From Acidobacteriota bacterium (GTDB lineage Bacteria > Acidobacteriota > UBA6911 > JACQSX01): a stretch of DNA of 64,000 nt. The position numbers and the translations under genes were made by a program. The DNA is taken from contig DASXQR010000192.1 of assembly GCA_036507075.1 (NCBI GenBank), positions 43,901 through 107,900 of the forward strand. Reading direction: 5' to 3'. Position 1 is the stretch's first letter, and every line of letters starts with the position of its first letter. This document shows, in pieces, positions 9,982 through 18,924 of the stretch. The notes below the pieces were generated by a model. It worked only from the letters and a program-made list of their open reading frames with translations. It was not told the DNA's origin and searched no databases.

Positions 9982-11262
9982 ATGAGTTCAAAATCCGCAC
10001 AAGATCGCGATGACCGCGACTTGGCACGGCCGGGCGGCATCCGCTCGCGATCGGAACTGACGGCCTTAAAGATGCTGATTTTGGTTTTCGTGGCAATTTC
10101 GGTATTGCTACCCGTCACCGTTCATACACAGTCATTCAAGGAAGCGCCGGCCGGTTTCGACGGCCGGTCCAACGGCTTTGTCAGTCTTCCTCAGTTCAAA
10201 AGAGACCAGGGGATCTTTGAACAGCGTGAAGAGGTGGAGGATGGGCTTGGCCCGGTTTACAACGCACAGTCCTGCGCAGAGTGTCATCAGAGCCCGCAAA
10301 CCGGAGGCAGTAGTCAAGTCACGGAATTGCGCGCCGGCCATTACAACCGCGAGACTTTCATCGAGCATCCCGGCGGATCGCTGATCCATGATCGCGCCAT
10401 TAACCCGTCGGTTCAGGAAAGACTGATGGCAGGCTATGAAGTGCTGGCTGTTCGCGCATCAGTCAGTACGCTGGGCGATGGATTTGTCGAGTGCATCGAC
10501 GACAGTTTGTTGATCGCTATCTCCAAAATTCAACCGCCGAATATGCGGGGTCAGGTTATTCAAGTCCCGGTGCTGGAAGCGGACGGTGCCCTGCGCGTGG
10601 GTCGGTTCGGCTGGAAAAACCAGCACGCCAGCCTGCTTTCCTTTTCAGCCGATGCCTACTTAAATGAAATGGGCATCACCAGCGAGCTCAAGCCAGAGGA
10701 AAACGGACCACTCGGCCAGCTCGTAGGGCTATTTGATCGGGTGCCTGATCCTGAGGATGATGACGGGGACACGGAAACCTTTGCTCGCTTCATGCGTGCG
10801 ACAAAGGTCCCTCCCCGGGGACCGGGAGCGGAATCGAGTCTGATCCCCATCCCCGAGGTGGTGCTGGGATCCGCCTTGTTTGACGGACTTCAGTGTGGCA
10901 CCTGCCATGTCCGGACACTGTTTACCGCTCCGGCAGGAACTGTGATCAATGGCGGGACCTTCACGGTTCCCGAGGCATTGGGAAGCAAGATTATTCATCC
11001 TTACAGCGATTTCCTGCTGCATGACGTCGGAACCGGCGACGGAATTGTGCAAAACGGCGGCTATTCCACGCGAAACAAAACGCGCACCGCGCCTTTGTGG
11101 GGTTTGCGGGCTCGCAACCGCTTCATGCATGACGCCGCGTCCTACTCGTTGATCGCCGCCATCCGCCGCCACAAAGGAGAAGCCACCGATGTGACGCGCA
11201 ACTTCGAACGGCTGCGCGACGCCCAGAAAAACCAACTCGTGGCATTCTTGCTGTCGTTGTAG
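9982..11262 (+). CDS. Di-heme oxidoreductase family (DUF1111-like) c-type cytochrome
   Basis: GLGPVYNAQSCAECH, GRFGWK, NEMGITS, CGTCH, YSDFLLHD, RTAPLWG, MHD; AGGAGG RBS. Confidence 0.88.
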   Translation: MSSKSAQDRDDRDLARPGGIRSRSELTALKMLILVFVAISVLLPVTVHTQSFKEAPAGFDGRSNGFVSLPQFKRDQGIFEQREEVEDGLGPVYNAQSCAECHQSPQTGGSSQVTELRAGHYNRETFIEHPGGSLIHDRAINPSVQERLMAGYEVLAVRASVSTLGDGFVECIDDSLLIAISKIQPPNMRGQVIQVPVLEADGALRVGRFGWKNQHASLLSFSADAYLNEMGITSELKPEENGPLGQLVGLFDRVPDPEDDDGDTETFARFMRATKVPPRGPGAESSLIPIPEVVLGSALFDGLQCGTCHVRTLFTAPAGTVINGGTFTVPEALGSKIIHPYSDFLLHDVGTGDGIVQNGGYSTRNKTRTAPLWGLRARNRFMHDAASYSLIAAIRRHKGEATDVTRNFERLRDAQKNQLVAFLLSL

Positions 11263-11292
11263 GTGCAGCCTGTAGATCACTACCTCCCGCAC

Positions 11293-12327
11293 TTACTGTT
11301 TGGGAGTCGGTTGTTTCTGTTCTTCTCCGGCGGCGGCGACCGGGGTTAGCCAGGCGGGATACCAGCGGAAGACATTGCCCGTCAGGCTGGCAACGAAGAT
11401 TTCGCCGCTGGGGGTGACGGTGATTTTGTGACCGGGGCACTCCATGGCGCCCAGGATCCGGCCGCTCTCCAGATCAATCTTCATCAGCCGGCCTGCCAGC
11501 GTGTCGTAGGTGATGTTTTCGACATTGTTGCGGTGCGTGACCACCCACATTTCATCGCCGGGGGTAATGAACAGGTCCTGCGTGGCGCCCAAGTGCGTCC
11601 ACTGCTTCAGAAATTCCCCTTTCGGGCTGAAGATTTGAATTCGATTGTTTTCCCGGTCGCTGACGTAAACGCGCCCCTTGGAATCAAGTCCCACCGAATG
11701 CACGGTATGGAATTCGCCGGGGCCGGTTCCGCGCTTTCCCCAGGAAAGCAGGTACTTCCCTTCCCTGTTGAATTTCACCACGCGTGAATTGCCGTAACCG
11801 TCCGAGATGTAGAAGTCGCCATTGGCCGCAAATGCGATGTCAGTCGGTTTGTCGAATGTCTTGTCGTCGGTTCCAGTCTGGCCCTTGATGCCCCAGGTCT
11901 GCAGCAGCTTCCCTTCCCGCGTGAATCTGTAAACCTGATGGTTTCCGTTATCGATGGCCCAGATGTTGTCGTATTTGTCTGCCCGCAGACCGTGAGGATT
12001 GCCGAAGAAACCGCGACCCCAGGAGCGAAGGTAGTTGCCCTTGGGATCAAAAACGACCACCGAATCAGCCTTCTTGCCGCGATGAAAGACATAGACGTCG
12101 CCCTTGGAATCGGTTGTCACTGCCGAAACGCGGCCGAACTTCCAGCCATCGGGCATCGTGTCCGGTTCTTCGCCAAAGCGTATGGCGACGCGATACTTCA
12201 ACAGGCCGCCCTCATGCGGGTACCAGCCATCGGGTACATAGCCTTGCTCGGGGGCTTTTGATTTTTGGGGCTGGGCGAAGCCAAAAATGGAGAAAAGGAT
12301 GATTGTGAAGATGGCTAGTCTTTTCAT
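11293..12327 (-). CDS. NHL-repeat beta-propeller (peptidyl-alpha-hydroxyglycine lyase-like), secreted
   Basis: PHGL, PTDIAF, SDGYGNSRV, GPGEFHTVH, SDRENNRIQ; signal peptide. Confidence 0.88.
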   Translation of the reverse strand: MKRLAIFTIILFSIFGFAQPQKSKAPEQGYVPDGWYPHEGGLLKYRVAIRFGEEPDTMPDGWKFGRVSAVTTDSKGDVYVFHRGKKADSVVVFDPKGNYLRSWGRGFFGNPHGLRADKYDNIWAIDNGNHQVYRFTREGKLLQTWGIKGQTGTDDKTFDKPTDIAFAANGDFYISDGYGNSRVVKFNREGKYLLSWGKRGTGPGEFHTVHSVGLDSKGRVYVSDRENNRIQIFSPKGEFLKQWTHLGATQDLFITPGDEMWVVTHRNNVENITYDTLAGRLMKIDLESGRILGAMECPGHKITVTPSGEIFVASLTGNVFRWYPAWLTPVAAAGEEQKQPTPKQ

Positions 12328-12342
12328 GTGAGATCTCCTGGC

Positions 12343-12516
12343 AAAAGCTTTTCACCACAAAGGCACAAAGGCACAAAGGCACAAAGTAAGACGTGAGGCG
12401 GGCGGAGACTGGTCAGCTGTTCGGCCGTGAAGTAACAGGCGATTAAAGCTGACCGGTCTCCGCCCGCCTCACGTCTTCCCTTTGTGTCCTTCGTATCTTT
12501 GTGGTGAAAAGCTTTT
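12343..12516. repeat. Long REPIN-like hairpin element
   Basis: AAAAGCTTTTCACCACAAAG...ACGTGAGGCGGGCGGAGACTGGTCAGCT-loop-AGCTGACCGGTCTCCGCCCGCCTCACGT...CTTTGTGGTGAAAAGCTTTT. Confidence 0.85.
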
Positions 12517-12531
12517 ACTCGAACACACGAG

Positions 12532-14031
12532 TCAAGAATTGCTCGCGCCCGCAATTTGTGGAATCAGCTCGCCGTGGACATCGGTGAGTCTCATGTGCCG
12601 GCCGTTGAAGTAATAGGTCACCCGCTTGTGATCCAGCCCCAGTAAATGCAGCAGCGTGGCATGAAGGTCGTGGCAGGTGACGATCTGCTGCTCGGCCTTG
12701 TAACCAAATTCGTCGGTGGCGCCGATCCTCTGGCCGCCCTTAATTCCCGCGCCCGTCATGAACACGGTCATCGCGCCCGGGTTGTGATCGCGGCCGATTC
12801 CGCGCTGGGAAATCGGCATGCGGCCGAATTCGGAATGCCACATCACCAGCGTCTCGTCCAGCAGACCGCGGCGCTTCAGGTCCTTGATCAGACCCGCAAT
12901 CGGCTTGTCCACTTCGGCGGCGTGCATCCCATGGTTGTCGGTAATGCTGGCGTGCGCATCCCATGTGTCCACGTTCTGATTTACGATCGAACCGCTGTAA
13001 AGCTGAATGAATCGCACGCCCCGTTCGACCATGCGACGCGCCAGCAGGCATTGCTTTCCGAACGCCTCGGTAACCGGATGATCCAGGCCATAGAGCCGCC
13101 TTGTCTCTTCACTCTCTCCGGAAATGTCCACCGCTTCGGGCGCGCACATTTGCATCCGATAGGCCAGCTCGTAAGAAGAAATCCGGGCCGCAAGCTCGCT
13201 GCTTCCGGGATGCTTGTCCGCGTGCTTCTGGTTGATCCAGTTCAGTTGGTCAAGCCGCGCCCGTTCCTGCTCGGGCGTGACATATTGGGAGGGTGGGGTC
13301 AGGTCCAGGATCGGGTCGCCGGCGGAGCGGAAAACCGTTCCCTGAAAGGATGCCGGCAGAAAACCGGAGCTCCAATTCGCCGGTCCCGAAAACGGTCCGC
13401 CGCGCGCGTCGTACAGGACGACGAACCCGGGCAGGTTCTGATTCTCGCTGCCCAAGCCGTAGGTCACCCACGAGCCGACGCTGGGATATCCCATCAATAT
13501 AGAACCGGTGTTCCATTCATAATGCGACAAGACGTGGTCGTTCGACTTGCCCTGGCAGGAATGGATAAAGGCCAGCTCATCCACGATCGATCCGACATGC
13601 GGAAAAAGATCCGACACCCAGAGGCCGGACTGCCCGTACTGCTTGAAGGTGTAAGGACTCTTCATCAGCGGTCCTGGAAACCCCTGCCGAACGCGGATTT
13701 CGCCCTGACCCTCCAGGGGCATGCCGTGGTACTTCACCAACGCCGGTTTGTAGTCGAACGTGTCGATGTGGCTCACGCCGCCGCTCATAAACAGAGAGAT
13801 GACCGATTTGGCGCGCGGCTTGAAATGAGGCGGTTTGGGCAAATAGGGGGAACCGGGGAATCCTTCGGAGCTTGCGCAGGTCGGAGCCGAAGGCGGGGCA
13901 GCCAGAAGCCCGTCCTGGTTTAGCAGGTAAAGAAAGGCCAGCCCGCTGATTCCCGATCCGGCCTCGAACAGAAAGTCCCGCCGGGTGACAAAACGGCGTT
14001 TGCTCATTCTGCAATCACATAAGCCGGACAT
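12532..14031 (-). CDS. DUF1501 domain protein (Tat-exported)
   Basis: TRRDFL Tat motif, FMSGGVSHIDTFDYKP, ERGVRFIQ, WDAH, EFGRMP, GRDH. Confidence 0.92.
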   Translation of the reverse strand: MSGLCDCRMSKRRFVTRRDFLFEAGSGISGLAFLYLLNQDGLLAAPPSAPTCASSEGFPGSPYLPKPPHFKPRAKSVISLFMSGGVSHIDTFDYKPALVKYHGMPLEGQGEIRVRQGFPGPLMKSPYTFKQYGQSGLWVSDLFPHVGSIVDELAFIHSCQGKSNDHVLSHYEWNTGSILMGYPSVGSWVTYGLGSENQNLPGFVVLYDARGGPFSGPANWSSGFLPASFQGTVFRSAGDPILDLTPPSQYVTPEQERARLDQLNWINQKHADKHPGSSELAARISSYELAYRMQMCAPEAVDISGESEETRRLYGLDHPVTEAFGKQCLLARRMVERGVRFIQLYSGSIVNQNVDTWDAHASITDNHGMHAAEVDKPIAGLIKDLKRRGLLDETLVMWHSEFGRMPISQRGIGRDHNPGAMTVFMTGAGIKGGQRIGATDEFGYKAEQQIVTCHDLHATLLHLLGLDHKRVTYYFNGRHMRLTDVHGELIPQIAGASNS

Positions 14032-14087
14032 GCGTGGTTTCTCCTTAGAAATCCTTTATTGAAAATTTCTGCCAGACGGTCGATCGC

Positions 14088-14177
14088 ATTCACCGCAGGG
14101 CCGCAAAGCACACAGAGGACTCACAGAGACGGAACATTCTGCGAAAACTCGGCGCACTCTGCGCCTCTGCGGTGAAT
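14088..14177. repeat. Hairpin element, CACCGCAGAG subtype
   Basis: attcaccgcagg...ctctgcgcctctgcggtgaat. Confidence 0.7.
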
Positions 14178-14230
14178 ACGATTGAAGTCCAGCAGGGATC
14201 CCGGTTTCGCCGCCACCGGCAACCATCCCC

Positions 14231-17026
14231 TCAGTTAACATACACAAACTCATTCGTATTCAGCATCACGTGCGCCAGGTCGGTGAGCGCGGCAAGCCGG
14301 CCTTCCTCCGCAGTGCGCCGCTCAGAGGCATGGGCATTGTGGTAGCTTTGCTGCCGCTGCAGAAATGTCTTCAAGTGGTCCAGTTCCCTGGCATCCGGAT
14401 CACGACTGAGGGCAATTCGATAGAGCAACCGAATCTGCTTGCCCGAATCAGCGCCGGTTTCCTGCAGCACTCGCTCCGCGAAGTGACGGGCTTGAATAAG
14501 CACGAACTCGCTGTTCAGCAACGTGAGAGCCTGCGTCGGCACGGTAGTTACATTTCGCCTCTCACATGTGACATTCAAGTCAGGCTGATCGTGTACTTCA
14601 AACATCGGATACTTCAAACCTCTCTTCCAGTACGCATAGACGCTGCGCCGCCAAGTGGATGGCTCCTCCCGGGTCATGGTCCATTTCCCCTGCCGGTAAC
14701 TTTCTCTTAAAGCCTTGGGGATGGTCGGGAAGAACGGTTCTCCGCCGGCCTGCAAATTGATCTGGCCGCTGGCCGACAGAATGATGTCGCGAATGGCCTC
14801 TCCTTCCAGCCGGCGCAATGGAAATCTCCAGAGTTGAACGTTGCTCGGATCCTTCTCCATGTTCGCCTTGCTGGAAAAGGTGGAAGCCATCTTGTAAGTC
14901 GCAGAATTCATAATCAGGCGGTGTATCTGCTTGATGCTCCAACCCTGGCGCATGAACTCGATCGCGAGCCAATCCAGAAGCTCCGGATGGGACGGTCTCA
15001 TCCCCATCTTCCCGAAGTTGCCGGGCGTGGCGACAATGCCGCGGCCGAAATGCCAGTGCCAGATCCGGTTTACCATCACGCGCGCGGTGAGCGGGTTCTC
15101 CAGCGATGTAATCCACTCGGCCAGGGCGCGGCGGCGCCCGCTGCTGATAAACTCACTTTTCGGCGGGCGCGCGATCGGCGGCGGCGTTCCATGAACGAGC
15201 ACCCTCAAATAGCCCGGTTCCACGATCACTGATTTCTGATCCTCAGCCACTTCCAGGCCATTAGCTGCAAAGTAAACCGGCGGCACGCGGTAGGGCCGCC
15301 CCGGCTCCGGCAGGAAGCAGCAGTCGACTCGATAATCGAAGCGGTTCCCTTTGCCCGGCAGCGGCTCATCTCCCGGCCCGTCCGGAGTGAGTCGATAATC
15401 TCCGTCCCGAATTCCTTCAGCGACAGGCAGTGGAGTCGGCAGCTTCTTTACAAGCTCGTCGATCTGCTCGAGAAGCTTCTGCCGCGCCTTGTCGTCAGCT
15501 TCGCTTACCTTTATCAACTGGCGGTACTGCGGGGAAACGACCTGATTGGCTGCCGCGTCCGGGTCCACATCCAGCGACACGATTTGGGCTGCAAGCAACT
15601 TTTGACCGGCCGTCCTTTTCTCTTCCGGTGTCCTGACAGCGACCTGAACCTCGGTAGGAAACCGGGAAAGCTTGCGCTCGAACTCGGCCTTCCGGTACGG
15701 CGCTTCGATTTCGGCGATCCGACGCCGCAGCGGGCGGACCTGCTGATCTATTTCATTTTTCACTCTCTGGAATTCCGCTACTTTAGCGGCCGGCGCCAGC
15801 GGGTGGTCATAGTCCACGTGGCCGAAAAACATTCCCATTGTTCTGTAATAATCCACGCGAGTAATGGGATCGAATTTGTGGTCATGGCAGCGGGCGCAGT
15901 TAACCGAGAGTCCCATGAATCCCTGGAATGTGGTTCGAATAATGTCATCCAGGTATTCGTATCGGTAGTACGGGTTGTCCTTCTCGCGGTAACGCACTTT
16001 TGGACCGATGCGATAGTAGGTCGTTGCGATCAGGCTGTCGTAGTCCCGGTTTTCAAGTTCGTCGCCGGCCAGCTGTTCAAGGATGAATTGGTTGTACGGC
16101 TTGTCCTGATTTAATGACTTGATGACATAGTCGCGGTATTTCCAGGCGTTCGTGTTGTCCCTGTCATGCTCGAAACCCGAGCTGTCGGCGTAACGCACCA
16201 CATCGAGCCAGAACCGGCCCCAGCGTTCTCCATAATGAGGAGACGCAAGCAGGCGATCGATCAAATTCTCCCAGGCCCGCGGTGAGGAATCTTTGACGAA
16301 GGCATCCACCTCTTCCGGGCTCGGCAGAAGCCCGATCAAATCCAGGTAAGCCCGGCGGACCAAAGTATTTCGGTCCGCCTGTGGCGCTGCAACCAGTGCC
16401 TTCTCGTCGAGAGCTTTCTTGATGAAGGCATCAATCGGATTTGCTCTCCAGCGCGCATCTGCAATCTTGGGAATCGGCTGCGGAACGGGTTTCTGGAAAG
16501 CCCACCAATTTCGGTCCTCGTCGTTGATCGTTTTTTCCTGGTAGCCCTTTGCGTAAGTAGCGGTCGCCGTGTCTTTCCCATCTTTGGCGCTGTGCGCCGC
16601 CGCCATGTTTCCAGTGGAGAGATCAGTTGCATCCCAACGTGCGCCCTGTTCAATCCAGGACTTCAGAAGCGCGACTTCCTGGGTGGTGAGCGGAGAGAGC
16701 GGGGCCAGAGGCATGGCGGGCTTCTCGAGGCCGGCGACGCGACGGAACATCCGGCTCGCCTCCGGATCGCCAGGAACGATCACAGGTCCTCTGTCGCCGC
16801 CCTCGAGCATCGAATCGCGCGTGCGCAAATCCAGACCCGACTTGAGTGTTTCGCCGTGGCACTGGAAGCACCTCTGCTGCAGAATGGAAACAGCCTCCTT
16901 ATTTAACGGCTGGATCGAGGCTGGATCCTGACGGGCCGCCAGAAAAACGCAGCCGGATGCGAGCACTGCGAGCGCCGCTACCCAGGGAGTTGCTGATCTT
17001 TCGCCAATACCGGGAGCCATATTCAC
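14231..17026 (-). CDS. Planctomycete-type cytochrome c + DUF1549/DUF1553 (PSD1) protein
   Basis: CFQCH, WAFQKP, GERWGRFWLD, CARCHDHKFDP, NPLTARVMVNRIW, HPELLDWLA, NEFVY. Confidence 0.92.
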   Translation of the reverse strand: MNMAPGIGERSATPWVAALAVLASGCVFLAARQDPASIQPLNKEAVSILQQRCFQCHGETLKSGLDLRTRDSMLEGGDRGPVIVPGDPEASRMFRRVAGLEKPAMPLAPLSPLTTQEVALLKSWIEQGARWDATDLSTGNMAAAHSAKDGKDTATATYAKGYQEKTINDEDRNWWAFQKPVPQPIPKIADARWRANPIDAFIKKALDEKALVAAPQADRNTLVRRAYLDLIGLLPSPEEVDAFVKDSSPRAWENLIDRLLASPHYGERWGRFWLDVVRYADSSGFEHDRDNTNAWKYRDYVIKSLNQDKPYNQFILEQLAGDELENRDYDSLIATTYYRIGPKVRYREKDNPYYRYEYLDDIIRTTFQGFMGLSVNCARCHDHKFDPITRVDYYRTMGMFFGHVDYDHPLAPAAKVAEFQRVKNEIDQQVRPLRRRIAEIEAPYRKAEFERKLSRFPTEVQVAVRTPEEKRTAGQKLLAAQIVSLDVDPDAAANQVVSPQYRQLIKVSEADDKARQKLLEQIDELVKKLPTPLPVAEGIRDGDYRLTPDGPGDEPLPGKGNRFDYRVDCCFLPEPGRPYRVPPVYFAANGLEVAEDQKSVIVEPGYLRVLVHGTPPPIARPPKSEFISSGRRRALAEWITSLENPLTARVMVNRIWHWHFGRGIVATPGNFGKMGMRPSHPELLDWLAIEFMRQGWSIKQIHRLIMNSATYKMASTFSSKANMEKDPSNVQLWRFPLRRLEGEAIRDIILSASGQINLQAGGEPFFPTIPKALRESYRQGKWTMTREEPSTWRRSVYAYWKRGLKYPMFEVHDQPDLNVTCERRNVTTVPTQALTLLNSEFVLIQARHFAERVLQETGADSGKQIRLLYRIALSRDPDARELDHLKTFLQRQQSYHNAHASERRTAEEGRLAALTDLAHVMLNTNEFVYVN

Positions 17027-17129
17027 CGCGTCCGCTTACGGTTCTTAGCACCGTGATATATCAGTCTTTAGGCATTTTAAGCTCGCCGGCAAAGCATCTC
17101 AATCATTTTCGGGCTGCCAGTCAAGAAAG

Positions 17130-17239
17130 GGAATTCACCACAAAGGCACGTAGTCGTGCCCGTTGACGTGCTCGTGCTCGTGGACGTAGATGGCTTTTTG
17201 GTTGCGGCAATGCTGCACTGCGCCTCTGTGGTGAATTCC
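17130..17239. repeat. Composite nested element (outer CACCACAAAGGCAC arms, inner hexamer array and GCCGCAACCAAA motif)
   Basis: ggaattcaccacaaaggcac...gacgtgctcgtgctcgtggacgta..tttggttgcggc..gcgcctctgtggtgaattcc. Confidence 0.75.
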
Positions 17240-17245
17240 GTGGAA

Positions 17246-18847
17246 CTAGGGAACGACCCGGAACGGCGCCAATGCAGAGGCGGACTGGCCGGAGATTTTG
17301 TCGCGAATGCGCACTCGCATTTCATATTCTCCGGGTTGCAGCCGGCTGAGGCTGACCATGCGGGCGATGCGGCAGTGCGGACCGGCAAACTTTACCAGCG
17401 AAGTTACGTCGCGCCAATTCTCGGGTTCGGCGCCCCTGCGCGCCAGTCCATACTCCGCTTTCAATTGCGGACGCTGGTCCTTGGGGTCGACGCCGAAGTT
17501 ATACACCTGCAGATAAAATCCGAGGCTGTCGGCGCTGCGCAGCATTTCCTCGGTTCTCGGAACAACCTTTAAATCCCCCAGCTTGAAGCTGGAAGAGCTC
17601 CCGCCGGGCGCATCTGATTCAATCCTCTCGGCCAGAATCAGAGAGCTGAGTTTCAGCGCGCCTTCTTCAGACCGGGGAACTTCCAGCCGCTGTTCCAGTG
17701 TGCCGATGCGCCTGCTCTCGACGTCCTGCACCACTACTTCCAGCTTGTACAGGCCCGGCTTCAGGATGAGCTGCTTCTGGTAGATGGAAGATGACGTTTT
17801 CGCCTTCTCCCATTGCTCGGCGGCATATTCGCGCTCAATGTCGTCTTCAAAGATTGTTTCCACGCGATTATCAATTCTGGAGACACGCCCGAATACGTGC
17901 ACCCGCGCGCGCAGCACTCCGTGGTCCGGCTTGAAAGTCATCTTGTCATTGGCCACCACCAGCGTCACCGGCACGAGCGCCTGCTGCTCGGTCAAGCGGA
18001 TATAGTCCTGGCGGACGTGGAAAGGAAGCTGGCTGTAGGTGACACGCGTCGCGACGATCGCTTCCAGATCTTTGTAGCGGATTGCCGGCGCCCGGCTCAA
18101 GCCCGCGGAAAGAGACAACTGCTCGAAGGGCTTGTCTTTTATATTCTCAAAGCCCGCCATGCCGGCGTAAGCCCCGCGCCATTCGCCCGAGATGCGGCGG
18201 CGGGTGACGCGATCCTGTTTGTTTGTCGAGCCGGTCATCATTTCCTGTTCCTGCTCATCCTGGGTCAGACCCTGAAGGCCGGAGAGCAGCAGCGCGTCCT
18301 TGCGCTGCTTGTCAAAGGTCAGCTCAAACAGGCCACCGCCTTTGTCATCCACAAATTCCAGCTCAACATCTTCACCCAGGCCTTCCAGACGCCGGTATTC
18401 CCAGCGTTCCATGGGAAAGATGCTGGTCACGCCGCCGCCTTCCTTCCGCTGGCGCGTGTATTGTCCTCCGGCCGGATAAGTTTCGCGGCGGTCCGGCGGC
18501 CCGAATTTTATGTAAATCATCCCCCGATCGCTTTTCCATCCGGCAATCCCGGCGGAAAAATTCTCGTTGGCGTAAACAATGCGGCGGTAGTGTTCTTCTT
18601 TGAAATCGTTCTCGCGCGTGGAAGGATCCGGATCGCGGCGAAGCCAGAACTGCTCAATGAAGGCATCGCGCTCCTCGTCGGTGGTCAGCTTGGAGAAGAC
18701 AGAAGCTTCTTCCTCGGTGATGATCCAGACGACATCTTCATTGAGCCATTTCTTGTAGTACTTGCCGGTGGCCTGCTCCTGTCCGAAAAGCAAAACGGAA
18801 CCGCAGAGAACGCCAAGAACGCCAAGAGTTAAAATGGATCGAGTCAA
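17246..18847 (-). CDS. GWxTD domain-containing protein
   Basis: YKKWLNEDVVWII, FWLRRDP, EEHYRRI, GWKSDRG. Likely TTG start at 18847 (MTRSILTLGVLGVLCGSVLLFGQ). The longer track ORF overlaps the upstream gene. Confidence 0.88.
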   Translation of the reverse strand: MTRSILTLGVLGVLCGSVLLFGQEQATGKYYKKWLNEDVVWIITEEEASVFSKLTTDEERDAFIEQFWLRRDPDPSTRENDFKEEHYRRIVYANENFSAGIAGWKSDRGMIYIKFGPPDRRETYPAGGQYTRQRKEGGGVTSIFPMERWEYRRLEGLGEDVELEFVDDKGGGLFELTFDKQRKDALLLSGLQGLTQDEQEQEMMTGSTNKQDRVTRRRISGEWRGAYAGMAGFENIKDKPFEQLSLSAGLSRAPAIRYKDLEAIVATRVTYSQLPFHVRQDYIRLTEQQALVPVTLVVANDKMTFKPDHGVLRARVHVFGRVSRIDNRVETIFEDDIEREYAAEQWEKAKTSSSIYQKQLILKPGLYKLEVVVQDVESRRIGTLEQRLEVPRSEEGALKLSSLILAERIESDAPGGSSSSFKLGDLKVVPRTEEMLRSADSLGFYLQVYNFGVDPKDQRPQLKAEYGLARRGAEPENWRDVTSLVKFAGPHCRIARMVSLSRLQPGEYEMRVRIRDKISGQSASALAPFRVVP

Positions 18848-18859
18848 CTTAGCCTCTAG

Positions 18860-18923
18860 CTTGGTGCCTTTGTGTCTTTGTGGTTGATAGAAACGAACCA
18901 CCAAGACACCAAGGCACCACGAG
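18860..18923. repeat. Hairpin element, CACCAAGACACCAAG subtype
   Basis: cttggtgcctttgtgtctttgtggtt...aaccaccaagacaccaaggcacc. Confidence 0.75.
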
Positions 18924-18924
18924 C

